Positions 48,201 through 55,916 of a stretch of 64,000 nucleotides of DNA are shown in pieces. The notes under the pieces were generated by a model. That model did no database searches and was not told the origin of the DNA. It saw only the letters and a program-made list of their open reading frames with translations. Each line of letters opens with the position of its first letter. Position 1 is the stretch's first letter. The DNA is taken from positions 81,716,001-81,780,000 of the forward strand of contig NW_027266275.1 in assembly GCF_022045235.1 (NCBI RefSeq). Direction: 5' to 3'. The translations under genes were made by a program, and so were the position numbers. The DNA comes from Haliotis cracherodii. Lineage: Eukaryota.

Positions 48201-49522
48201 GGGTTGCTGAAGACTTATTCTACCCCAGATCTTCACAGGTCACAAGTGGTTGCTGAAGACCTATTCTATCCCGGATCTTCAGGGCTCTGGGCACTATGCT
48301 CAATCTAGACACACAAGATACACTAGACGCATTTAAAGGGGTTCTTGGCTCTTGATGAAACTTGCTATACAGATCAGTCTAGTGGTGAAGTGGTGCCTTT
48401 TGATGATTTGAGATTTTGAAAATTACTGAACAGCATTATTGTACTGAATAGCCCCAGACCTTGGGGACTCATTTTTAAACATGTTCTAAGCTCAGTTGCA
48501 TTGGTAATTGTGAGTTTCCCTATAGGCACACACACTTTATTTATTTTTTACAGAGTTATGACCCTTGATCCATGTTATTTTACTTGGTGCATTGTTTATG
48601 CAATGGGGACAAGTTCCTCAGAAACTACTAAAGTTAGCTTATCTAAGAGATACTTATCAAGACAGAGTTATTTTTCCAGAGAAAGGGCCTTTTGTGTGTA
48701 TTAAATTCACATTTAATCATTTTTTTTCTGACAACATAAAGCGACCCTAGTGCCTATCTCTTATTTAGGCTTTATAGGACTGTTTTTCATAGTTTATGTT
48801 CACTACTATATGAACAGACAAAATTTGAAAGTGCCCCATGGCGGGGGGAAAGTGATAACGCTGTGTTTTTTTGTTGTCATGGCTCAAGAAAATATGTTGC
48901 CGATAGAACAAAGATCAAAAAACTTGTTTGGTTGTCATGCTAGAAAATTGAATGAAATATGTGTGGAATGAAATGCAGGTGTTTATATGAAACATATTAC
49001 ATCATCAGCTGAGCGACTTCCCCACATGTCAGGAACTGATAGCTGTGTCCGGGGAAACCTTTCTACATGCAGTACTGAAGTCCCCTCTACAGGAACATGA
49101 GGCTCAACGTGTCACACACATATTATCAAAGGTTATGTTATTTCCAAAACTAACGCCAGTTTCAGTTCATGAACTTTGCAAGTCTTGTGTACAAACATTA
49201 GGGTATGATCAGTGGAAATATTGCTTACTCATCAGAGATTAATTATTAGTATCCTATTTAGTAAGCCTTTCACCTCTGACTTAGCTGTAAAATGCAGTTG
49301 GAACTGTAGAATATGTTGAATAGAAATCGCACATGAAGGTAAGAGTTTAGAATAAACAACCTTTGAATAAAAATGTGAAGATCAACAGAAATACATGTGC
49401 CTGCATTGATCATGTTCAACGGTGTGTCTTTTTGCTGGTGGTTGCAGTGCATGTTGGTGAAAACTGTGAAGCCTCACCTCCTCCAGCAGGTGGAGAACCA
49501 CCTCGGGCAGCCAGTGCACTAG
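6483..49522 (+). CDS. MEI1: Meiosis inhibitor protein 1 (MEI1), ~30 coding exons, ~1300 aa; 3' end uncertain
   Basis: A phase-consistent GT-AG exon chain gives motifs matching recalled MEI1: HxxHDxxW...LCVACxxE...PLVxRK, LLLLGRL, GLKKMLI, DLAEFLFE, FFTRCHAVYGVESILRSL, RQPPGIPLF, YTHHP, SQPWN. Total length is close to vertebrate MEI1. Confidence 0.88.
6831..6971. mobile_element. MITE with CATGG..GGATACAG terminal inverted repeats
   Basis: Imperfect TIRs; 5-bp TSD ACCGT on both sides. Confidence 0.6.
7472..7516 (+). CDS. MEI1: MEI1 exon 2
   Basis: gacag| SFFKHDQHVDPAIK |gtaatg; phase 1->1. Confidence 0.75.
8552..8957. repeat. 22-bp minisatellite (GATGGATGTGTGCTTGCTTGTT)n, ~18 copies
   Basis: Direct inspection. 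Confidence 0.95.
9108..9181 (+). CDS. MEI1: MEI1 exon 3
   Basis: ttgtag| CQLILETAESEDLVWYAIDKFHFQ |gtgggt. Confidence 0.8.
9278..9459. mobile_element. TA-flanked MITE (CAGTAAACT...AGTTTACTG), Tc1/mariner-like
   Basis: TIRs and TA flanks; shorter relative at ~34097-34195. Confidence 0.7.
10087..10192 (+). CDS. MEI1: MEI1 exon 4
   Basis: LQDSQDLVSVSPYLLLLGRLLVISPAYGFHLLHKH |gtaaac; duplicated donor after 10237. Confidence 0.8.
10422..10625 (+). CDS. MEI1: MEI1 exon 5
   Basis: tttcag| SLLLLVLRLL...AESLDLRVNLL |gtgagt; duplicated donor after 10739. Confidence 0.82.
10904..11167 (+). CDS. MEI1: MEI1 exon 6
   Basis: ttcag| ...LLKNILKH...GLKKMLITKQEVLQTASAHC...QILESDLA |gtgagt. Confidence 0.85.
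11125..16851 (+). repeat. Compound satellite: MEI1 exon-6 3' end + donor + variable (GTGA)n, ~60-85-bp unit, ~75-80 copies
   Basis: Unit TGATGCTCTAGA-GATGAAAGTACTGTCACTCAGATCCTGGAGAGTGACCTAGCTG-GTGA(GTGA)n; first copy lies in the exon. Confidence 0.97.
17587..17632 (+). CDS. MEI1: MEI1 exon 7
   Basis: tttcag| (E)FLFESLHSQSGPQL |gtaaga. Confidence 0.85.
18054..18310. mobile_element. TA-flanked MITE (CAGTGxTCCCTC...GAGGGAxCACTG)
   Basis: TIRs and TA flanks. Confidence 0.7.
18457..18672 (+). mobile_element. Interspersed repeat family C (SINE/LINE 3' body)
   Basis: CAGCAACCCATGCTTGTCGTAAGAGGCGACTAACGGGATCGGGTGGTCAGGCTC... shared with copies near 19586, 27465, 33650, 34680, 37455, 48005. Confidence 0.75.
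18748..19115 (+). mobile_element. tRNA-head-containing repeat, family D (head-body-head)
   Basis: GGAAGCCTCGGTGxCTGAGTGGGTxAGATCGCTGAC...GGGTTCGAAT twice, separated by a body shared with 19817-20194. Confidence 0.75.
19217..19287 (+). CDS. MEI1: MEI1 exon 8
   Basis: tttcag| SVYQCLHLLTDYEQFFTRCHAVY |gtcagt. Confidence 0.85.
19586..19785 (+). mobile_element. Interspersed repeat family C
   Basis: Same core, (AAAC)n tail. Confidence 0.8.
19817..20194 (-). mobile_element. tRNA-head-containing repeat, family D (inverted; 13-bp TSD)
   Basis: Reverse complement of 18860-19115; flanked by TAGAGTAACATTG at 19804 and 20195. Confidence 0.78.
20269..20368 (+). CDS. MEI1: MEI1 exon 9
   Basis: ttccag| (G)VESILRSLCVVMDVKNYRLMEKGFCLLANILH |gtgaat. 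Confidence 0.85.
21595..21729 (+). CDS. MEI1: MEI1 exon 10
   Basis: ttgcag| QPPGIPLFVNVTSVKQCVHLVRQALAQSHPAVFLQALTAARPLV |gtaaca. Confidence 0.85.
21940..22191. repeat. 13-bp minisatellite (TTAGTATGACACA)n
   Basis: Direct inspection; same family at 31541-32126. Confidence 0.93.
22498..22777 (+). repeat. 95/96-bp triplication spanning the MEI1 exon-11 acceptor
   Basis: Three near-identical copies of ctcgtcactgatgttagttccctgtgtctgcag|caagcagtac...ctgctgaag. Confidence 0.95.
22722..22910 (+). CDS. MEI1: MEI1 exon 11
   Basis: ctgcag| KQYLPWVYRCEVVEDLLKVACC...FTDLITVCC |gtgggt; acceptor triplicated (22531, 22626, 22722). Confidence 0.78.
23447..23570 (+). CDS. MEI1: MEI1 exon 12
   Basis: tttcag| VYGESVLRSSSEMEER...AERHLAPYIQ |gtgaga. 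Confidence 0.8.
23850..24001 (+). mobile_element. tRNA-derived SINE, family A
   Basis: GGTAGCCTAGTxGTTAAAGCG A-box, degenerate B-box, (CACT)n tail; homologous to 28230 and 38022 copies. Confidence 0.8.
24176..24224. repeat. (TG)n microsatellite
   Basis: Direct inspection. Confidence 0.95.
24674..24828 (+). CDS. MEI1: MEI1 exon 13
   Basis: tttcag| SVFQSEECPPALKTVL...IQAPVVKY |gtaaag. Confidence 0.8.
25040..25622 (+). mobile_element. Interspersed repeat family E (non-autonomous, unclassified)
   Basis: Colinear with ~48540-48875; TTATCCCCCGCC / GGCGGGGGGA-type subterminal inverted motif. Confidence 0.65.
27299..27429 (+). CDS. MEI1: MEI1 exon 14
   Basis: cctag| AAEDACDGIDKFLENVYRDLL...VATIK |gtatgt. 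Confidence 0.8.
27465..27640 (+). mobile_element. Interspersed repeat family C (diverged)
   Basis: Same 3' core and AAAC tail. Confidence 0.65.
27898..28041. mobile_element. MITE (related TIR type) inserted in the exon-15 acceptor region
   Basis: CATAAGCAGATCCAG...TTGAATCTTCCCTTG, 5-bp TSD TGTTC. Confidence 0.55.
28055..28160 (+). CDS. MEI1: MEI1 exon 15
   Basis: ctgcag| QSGDPCHLLPVIEQSEDAAWAVLMMLYFSYLHSH |gtaaca. Confidence 0.8.
28230..28405 (+). mobile_element. tRNA-derived SINE, family A
   Basis: GGGGTAGCCTAGTGGTTAAAGC...GGGTTCGATTCCC, (CAAA)n tail. Confidence 0.85.
28543..29807. repeat. 38-bp minisatellite (TGTAACTGATAGCCCCCGCCGTGATAATACTCAATCAC)n, ~33 copies
   Basis: Direct inspection. 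Confidence 0.97.
30180..30291 (+). CDS. MEI1: MEI1 exon 16
   Basis: ccacag| WVECCDLQSLLQCFLANSRDLSGLPPLVIRCLAFLVA |gtgagt. Confidence 0.8.
30299..30666 (+). mobile_element. TAAGGC-terminated non-autonomous DNA transposon
   Basis: Inverted homolog at ~59780-60164; similar TAAGGCC..GGCCTTA ends at ~7999-8182 and ~26901-27275. Confidence 0.65.
31175..31218 (+). CDS. MEI1: MEI1 exon 17 (boundaries uncertain)
   Basis: cgtcag| CSSGDTVANTHQSF. The donor ca|gtatca was chosen because it is the only one giving the phase needed by the next exon; the stronger-looking ag|gtatgc after 31229 breaks frame. Confidence 0.5.
31541..32126. repeat. 13-bp minisatellite (TTAGTATGACACA)n
   Basis: Direct inspection. 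Confidence 0.93.
32311..32457 (+). CDS. MEI1: MEI1 exon 18 (3' end in assembly gap)
   Basis: gtacag| DAIFILLSGLGNLTDLLESCPVAVWYTHHPVVMCWVFSEESRAQQLGH, then Ns. Confidence 0.75.
32458..32619. other. Assembly gap (162 N)
   Basis: Run of N. Confidence 1.
34205..34600 (+). CDS. MEI1: MEI1 exon 19 (contains low-complexity D/E/Q/H insert)
   Basis: ttgtag| LEYWLPLIDVKSL...LLVELAHNSAFIHTLM |gtaaac; 396 nt open. Confidence 0.8.
34681..34941 (+). mobile_element. Interspersed repeat family C with target-site duplication
   Basis: Same core; flanked by direct repeat ACTAGGCACCA (34671-34681 and 34941-34951). Confidence 0.85.
35272..35340 (+). CDS. MEI1: MEI1 exon 20
   Basis: ttccag| TVLAARQEIAAIAANVAEHLAGM |gtagag. 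Confidence 0.75.
35710..36100 (+). mobile_element. Interspersed repeat family F
   Basis: Colinear with ~44810-45220 (CCTCCxTGTCAGAATG..CTGATTGGTxCACGTxATCTTG). Confidence 0.6.
36209..37455. repeat. 13-bp minisatellite with homogenised 52-bp (4x13) higher-order core
   Basis: GGTTACAATGTGT-GGTTATAGTGTGA-GATTACAATGTGT-GGCTACAGTGTAT repeated. Confidence 0.93.
37782..37899 (+). CDS. MEI1: MEI1 exon 21
   Basis: tcgtag| LCEEVPDK...LFQQLFLQDSLPQ |gtaata. Confidence 0.78.
38022..38136 (+). mobile_element. tRNA-derived SINE, family A, 3'-truncated
   Basis: Same head and body; runs directly into the 27-bp array. Confidence 0.8.
38139..39820. repeat. 27-bp purine-rich minisatellite (GGTCAGGAGAAGAGTCAGAGGGTGCTA)n, ~60 copies
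   Basis: Direct inspection; begins inside a truncated SINE. Confidence 0.95.
40151..40249 (+). CDS. MEI1: MEI1 exon 22
   Basis: ttacag| (D)YQVINMLKVMIILMRG...FNVKSVYH |gtaaga. Confidence 0.75.
40481..41505. repeat. 31-bp C-rich minisatellite (CCCACAGTCAGCCCTGATCCCCCTGTCATAC)n, ~33 copies
   Basis: Direct inspection. Confidence 0.95.
41587..41700 (+). CDS. MEI1: MEI1 exon 23
   Basis: ttctag| VKFVGSQEEDTQSESIKWCVEYLL...DCLC |gtaagt. Confidence 0.78.
43016..43054 (+). CDS. MEI1: MEI1 exon 24 (small, tentative)
   Basis: ttccag| IITRVLLSTDHA |gtttgt; phase 1->1 so skippable; weak donor. Confidence 0.45.
43316..43590 (+). mobile_element. tRNA-derived SINE, family B
   Basis: GGCACGGGTGGCCCAGTCGTCTAAGGCG A-box, GGGTTCGAATCCC B-box, (CACT)n tail; second copy at 55649. 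Confidence 0.85.
43886..44022 (+). CDS. MEI1: MEI1 exon 25
   Basis: ttttag| GPILVQNKGFMVKLERIL...ATARPEGE |gtaagt. Confidence 0.78.
44028..44500. repeat. 26/28-bp minisatellite (CTAGCCAGAGGTGGACAGAGTGACCAGA) starting at the exon-25 donor
   Basis: Direct inspection. Confidence 0.9.
44555..44785 (+). CDS. MEI1: MEI1 exon 26
   Basis: ctgtag| VPYQIHVSHIFLLDV...RTLYFHLQQLVCQ |gttggt. Confidence 0.8.
47132..47213 (+). CDS. MEI1: MEI1 exon 27
   Basis: tttcag| DCQVVFNCALECIYKLYKYAAAVHKAL |gtagga. Confidence 0.8.
47859..47968 (+). CDS. MEI1: MEI1 exon 28
   Basis: ttgcag| SQLSSQPWNKLWLEAVL...EMLQLLQM |gtaact; SQPWN motif. Confidence 0.85.
48004..48290 (-). mobile_element. Interspersed repeat family C (reverse)
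   Basis: Reverse complement of the same core. Confidence 0.8.
48330..48875 (+). mobile_element. Interspersed repeat family E
   Basis: Shares segments with 25300-25620 and 46700-46780. Confidence 0.65.
49009..49131 (+). CDS. MEI1: MEI1 exon 29
   Basis: catcag| LSDFPTCQELIAVSGETFLHAVL...VTHILSK |gttatg. Confidence 0.72.
49448..49522 (+). CDS. MEI1: MEI1 exon 30 (putative terminal, or spliced out at 49489)
   Basis: ttgcag| CMLVKTVKPHLLQQVENHLGQPVH*; possible internal donor CAG|gtggag. Confidence 0.55.
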   Translation, partial: CMLVKTVKPHLLQQVENHLGQPVH

Positions 49523-49822
49523 TGGGCGTCGTCAGGGAAAGACTGACCCACAGAAGTAATAGAAAGAGACACTTGGCCTTACTTCTAGCATTGCTGAATG
49601 CAGGGTAGAAGACTATGAAGCCTCACATCAGTAGTGTTTGTCATCAGGAAACACCGACCCACAAAACAACAAATATTAAAAGACACTTGTACTCCCAGCA
49701 CTACTGAATCCAGGGTAGGAGACTATAAAGGAACAACAGTGTGGACGTCATCAGTGTGAATGGAGTTAACTATGATCATGCACAACGGAAGCAATCCCAT
49801 TTGCTTTGTGTGGGTCTCGTAG

Positions 49823-50156
49823 GTCACCTCGGCCAGCACTGGGGGAGATCCTACTGGAACTAGTTCACTGATGGGGCTTATCGTTACCGGTACATGGCAT
49901 GTACAGGATGATTCTTACTTCCTCTTTTCTCTGAATCAAAGTATATACTATCTGTTAAGCATACAATAAGCTATTTTAAAGATTTCCAGGTTTCTGTGTA
50001 TTTAGCATAATAAACAGTGTGGATACCAGGTGTCACACATTGTGCAGGAATTACTATGAGCTATGGTTTGCAGGTGTGGTGAGTCAGAACAGTTTAAACC
50101 ATTTCCTAATGCAGGATGATGTTGAATGTGCCACTGTGGCGGTTACTGATGGATGA
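49823..50156 (+). CDS. Possible alternative MEI1 terminal exons 49823-49889 and 50074-50156
   Basis: Phase-compatible with a donor at 49489: VTSASTGGDPTGTSSLMGLIVT|GVVSQNSLNHFLMQDDVECATVAVTDG*. No homology support. Confidence 0.3.
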
Positions 50157-51708
50157 TGTTGAATATGCACTGTGGTTATTACTGATGGATGATGTTGAAT
50201 GTGCACTATGGCTGTTACTGTCGGATGATGATGAATGTGCACTGTGGCTGTTACTGATGGATGATGTTGAATGTGCACTGTGACTGTTGCTGATGGATGA
50301 TGTTGAATGTGCACTGTGGCTGTTACTGATGGATGATGTTGAATGTGCACTGTGGCTGTTACTGATGGATGATGTTGAATGTGCACTATGGCTGTTACTG
50401 ATGGATGATGTTGAATGTGCACCGTGGCTGTTACTGATGGATGATGTTGAATGTGCACTATGGCTGTTACTGATGGATGATGTTGAATGTGCACTGTGGC
50501 TGTTACTGATGGATGATGTTGAATATGCACTGTGGCTGTTACTGATGGATGATGTTGAATATGCACTGTGGCTGTTACTGATGGATGATGTTGAATATGC
50601 ACTGTGGCTGTTACTGATGGATGATGTTGAATGTGCACTGTGGCTGTTACTGATGGATGATGTTGAATATGCACTGTGGCTGTTACTGATGGATGATGTT
50701 GAATGTTCACTATGGCTGTTACTGATGGATGATGTTGAATATGCACTGTGGCTGTTACTGATGGATGATGTTGAATATGCACTGTGGATGTTACTGATGG
50801 ATGATGTTGAATATGCACTGTGGTTGTTACTGATGGATGATGTTGAATGTTCACTATGGCTGTTACTGATGGATGATGTTGAATATGCACTGTGGCTGTT
50901 ACTGATGGATGATGTTAAATATGCACTGTGGATGTTACTGATGGATGATGTTGAATATGCACTGTGGTTGTTACTGATGGATGATGTTGAATATGCACTG
51001 TGGTTGTTACTGATGGATGATGTTGAATATGCACTGTGGCTGTTACTGATGGATGATGTTGAATGTGCACTATGGCTGTTACTGACGGATGATGTTGAAT
51101 GTGCACTGTGGCTGTTACTGATGGATGATGTTGAATATGCACTGTGGTTGTTACTGATAGATGATGTTGAATATGCACTGTGGCTGTTACTGATGGATGA
51201 TGTTGAATGTTCACTGTGGCTGTTACTGATGGATGATGTTGAATGTGCACTATGGCTTTTACTGATGGATGATGTTGAATGTGCACTGTGGCTGTCACTG
51301 ATGGATGATGTTGAATGTTCACTATGGCTGTTACTGATGGATGATGTTGAATGTGCACTGTGGCTGTGACTGATGGATGATGTTGAATGTGCACTGTGGC
51401 TGTTACTGATGGATGATGTTGAATATGCACTGTGGCTGTTGCTGATGGATGATGTTGAATGTGCACTGTGGCTGTAACTGATGGATGATGTTGAATGTGC
51501 ACTGTGGCTGTTGCTGATGGATGATGTTGAATGTGCACTGTGGCTGTAACTGATGGATGATGTTGAATGTGCACTGTGGCTGTTGCTGATGGATGATGTT
51601 GAATGTGCACTGTGGCTGTAACTGATGGATGATGTTGAATGTGCACTGTGGCTGTTACTGATGGATGATGTTGAATGTGCACTATGGCTGTTACTGACGG
51701 ATGATATT
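50114..51708. repeat. 36-bp minisatellite (GATGATGTTGAATGTGCACTGTGGCTGTTACTGATG)n, ~44 copies
   Basis: Direct inspection; explains the long repetitive ORFs on both strands. Confidence 0.97.
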
Positions 51709-54700
51709 GCAAGCTTGGACTTTATTAACTCGACCTGAGGAAAGGTCAAGCAGATGTTCTAAAACAAATGAAGAACACTCATATCACATGCCATCTTTTT
51801 ATTTTATTTTTGATTATCTTTGTCACTACTGTCTGATGAACGTTTGATAAAGCTCTGAGTATATACACAATATACATGGAAAAACATACACTGCACCATG
51901 TGCTCACGTCAGAACATCTAGTGTCATGAAACAACTCGAGCTATCCACCATGTTGTATCACTGGGATCACCTTCAGTACTGATTGTTCATATTTTAGAAA
52001 CTCCATGTTTAGTTTTTTCAAGATGTGCACTGTTATTTGGTGTTTCTGTGACGGTGATAATCATTGAGGAATCATCCTTATTATCAACTGTTCATTTCAA
52101 ATAATAAAATTCTTACAAAAAGATTTGAAATATGATTAATCAAAAACTATGTGAGGATAGCTAGAGCTGCACCATGACACTTATACACCTGGGATAACCA
52201 AATCTTTCTCCTCCGACGCTCCATTTACATTCCCTTGGTTGAATGACTCTAGTTTGGTGGAATATTGTATGCTGAGATATTTCCAAACTTGCTAAAACAA
52301 ACATACATGTTCATTTAATCAACACATTTAGTAGAGTGGAGCTCAAGATATGTTTTCATGCTTTTGTCTTAATGGAAATCGTGCCACAACAGTTCAAAGC
52401 TACATGACTATTTCACTCTGAGTGATTAACAGAAATCAGATTCAAGCCACTGCATCAGTTTCACCCAGGTGTCCACGAACTTGTGGAGGAATCCAGCTCT
52501 ACCAGTGAACGTTGTCAACATCGTATGTATGTAGAGGACTTCCTCGGGATGTTACACTGACAAACACATCTACTCCTGTACTTCCACTAACCACTATAGG
52601 ATGATAGGATTGATGCAGTATCACATACTGGGCTTTAATAAACCCCACATTAAAGTGGTGGATATTCCCCAATCCCAAAAAATAATAAATAAAAAACAAT
52701 TTGATTTGTAAAATTACTCATGGTTCACCATGACAAAAAAAACACTGAAAGTACCCATGTTTTTTTAAATTTCTAATGACAATGTATGAAGTGTACTCCC
52801 TTTCCACTGAGAGTATATTCCTAACATATGTCCTCCACGTTCTGCCTTACACCAGGGAGAATTAAATGAAAGTATTTTGTTGGAGGGTAATATATACATA
52901 TATGTGCTAAATTCAATCCACCAAATAGGACACTTGTCAAGTACAGTTTCAATGTCGCCCATCTGTCCAGAATGTTCCTGACATCAATCCTTATTGGAAT
53001 TGATGACCTATGGTTGGAACTGATACTTATTGTTTCCTCAACTGCTGTAAAACTACATGATATGAAGTTTTCTTGTCTGTGTTAATGATACTGCAAAAAT
53101 CTAATGAAAATATGCAATTGAAACCTTCATATTACACGACTCTTCTTGTATACTATGTTGATATCACAGGCATGAGAATTGTGAAACATTGACAAATCAC
53201 TTGATGACTTTACATAATATGTGATGTGTTTATGGTACTCATTCTGTTTGCCCCTTGGCTAGTCCAAGATGAGAACTATCACCCTATAGCATTCAGCATG
53301 TAAAGACCCTCAGATGTTCAACATTCTTACTGGCTTCAACAACTAGGGCTTCCATCAGTAACTAAGGTTATGCATACACTACAAAAAATATTCCACAAAA
53401 GCCTCATTCACGCAAAACATGCACTCACACATAAACATAGGTAGCATTTGAGTTGCATGCATTTAATTTTCATGATACTTGCACTGTTTGATTTCAAAAT
53501 GATAAAAAAAAATTAATTTGATATATGACTTATGAGAACTATTGCAACATATATGGCCTGTATGTCAGGTGCAATTGTAGCCAGCATACTATCAATCCTA
53601 ACAAGAAATATATTTAACTATATATGTGACAAGCCATTTCCTTCTAAAAACATTTATTCTCAAGACTATTACTACAAAGTACACTACTTGTGTTCCTCTC
53701 TCACCCTTGCATACAAGTAAGCACCACACCTGCTGTGAGATGGAAGGTCCTCCAACTGTTAAAACGAACATAACACCATGCCCTTGCCAATGATATTACC
53801 AGGGTTTCCCTGGACCAACATTTTCTCATCAAATGTCATTTTCACTGACAATTTCCTAGCTGTCTGACATATGATACAGTGATCTCATCACTGCATCTCT
53901 CCAGCTTCATACAGCCAAATGGCCTGTCATCGTAAGTTCAGTGATGGCTATGGCAAACATATAGTGTTAAAGGGGGCTATGTCCTGGGAAAGTTACAGCC
54001 CATGCACGTTTTATTCAAGTCTTAAGACAATCTTTGTGAGTTTGGGGACTTATATTTCATGATATTGTTTGATTTAGCAGTTACTTTTGTCCATATCACA
54101 CAGGCAATCACCAATCCATTGTGATGATGTCACTCTACTGTTGATGAAGTCGATTCTGAGCCAGGAATTCATTAGGAATACAAGATCATTATGCAAAATA
54201 ATAGATAAATCATAAACCAACCATACATGGACCAACCAAGTTGGAGAAATCACTTGAATCTGTTGATTCCTGAAGGGGCAAGTTGATTCTACTCCTGGGA
54301 TCAACAGATTCTCAGGATCTCTCCGTTACCTAATTAACAAAAAAACAACATCTTAGAGATCGGAAACAGGAAGTGGGCATGAGACCATGGAGCATAGTCC
54401 CCCTTTAATTAGACGAGGCTTTTTAAATTTAGCATCTTGATTTAAACAAGAAATTAATTGACTCTTCCCATTTTTTGTAATGACGCCATGTGCCTGAGAT
54501 ATGCGCTGACAACTTGAACCAATATGAACCTGGTTGTGTTATGAAACTATCTGCCACACCTGACCCACTGTCATAGCCCATTAAGCCTTAAAGACCAACA
54601 GAGCACCGATGAAGGCTGTCTACAAACAGAATGAGTAAGATAAACCCCACTTGAACACAGCATGTAACAACAAACAACATCCTTATATAACAACCGGATC

Positions 54701-55648
54701 ACGTAAAAATAACAATTCACATTTTGAATACTATTCTTTCATTTCACATATACATATAAATATTATTCTAAAATACTAGCTGAAATAGACTCATAAAAAT
54801 GTACATCCCATTTACAAAAACCATGGGTCCACATTGACCACACCAATAAAATCAGTCTCAACATGGAAAATAAATATGAAGAGTTGATAGACTTTGGAAT
54901 CTGTTTTAGATTGGTTGATACAAGGCTATACCCCCCTGGTTGATACAAGACTATACCTCCCTCACAAGGCCTAATACTTGGACAACACTTTCAGAATTAG
55001 TTAGCCTTGTCCTACTACTAATATGAATTGTTTCACTCCACTCCACAGCAATATTTTTTTGAAAAATATTTGTGAATCTGGTAAGGATTTGTTTTGGTTG
55101 ATATTAGTGGTGGGACAATTTGCATCACTGGATTGCGATATTTTGCTTCCCAATTCAAGTATCGATCACAGTTGTACACTAAGTAAAAAATATTGATTCA
55201 TACCTTAAATGTTTGCTTCCATGGCTGTTACACCAAACACTAATTAGTAGTAAAAACAAAAATATTTTTATCCATTGCGCCATACATGACACTGCCAACT
55301 GTAAATCATCAGTGTGCCAGGTATTTGGCCATCCTGTGTATTAAAAAGATGGCTTACACACCACATATAAGAGCACATAAAAGTATCGTGATATGTATCG
55401 GACCGTGAACAAGGTATCGTGATACATATCAGATCGCACAGTTGGTGTATCGTTCCAGCCCTAGTTGATATGGATGAACTGTTTTATTATTCTGATCATG
55501 GTTTTGCTTGGCATTTTTTGCAGGAGTGGAGAAAGTAATGAAACCAAAGAACCAGTCATTTATTACAGGGGGTGTGGGTTAGAGGTATTGGATGCACTAA
55601 TATACTGAAGATAATCACCCTCCCCTTATGCTGGTCATAATTTGGGAG

Positions 55649-55916
55649 GGGGCACGGGTGGCCCAGCTGTCTATGGTGCCACGATTTGCTGTGCAGAGTT
55701 GCGTCTATTGGGCACGCCGGAAACCTATGACTGGGTTCGAATCCCGGTTTGATTATGTTTCTAGGTTTGTCAGTACCATACCCGTGCTCGTGGGTTTCAC
55801 CGAGGTGGTAAATATTTGAGACCTGCATCACATGAGCTTTCCTCCAACATTAATCTAACACGCTGTGATACAACTGGAATACTGTTAAGCGGTGTTAAAC
55901 CCAACTCACTCATTCA
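55649..55916 (+). mobile_element. tRNA-derived SINE, family B
   Basis: Colinear with 43316-43590. Confidence 0.85.

Noticed and set aside
50084-51749. Long ORFs (547, 360, 268, 265 aa) of S/H-rich or DDVECALWLLLM repeats
   Set aside because: By-products of a 36-bp unit that lacks stops in several frames on both strands; no unique coding flanks.
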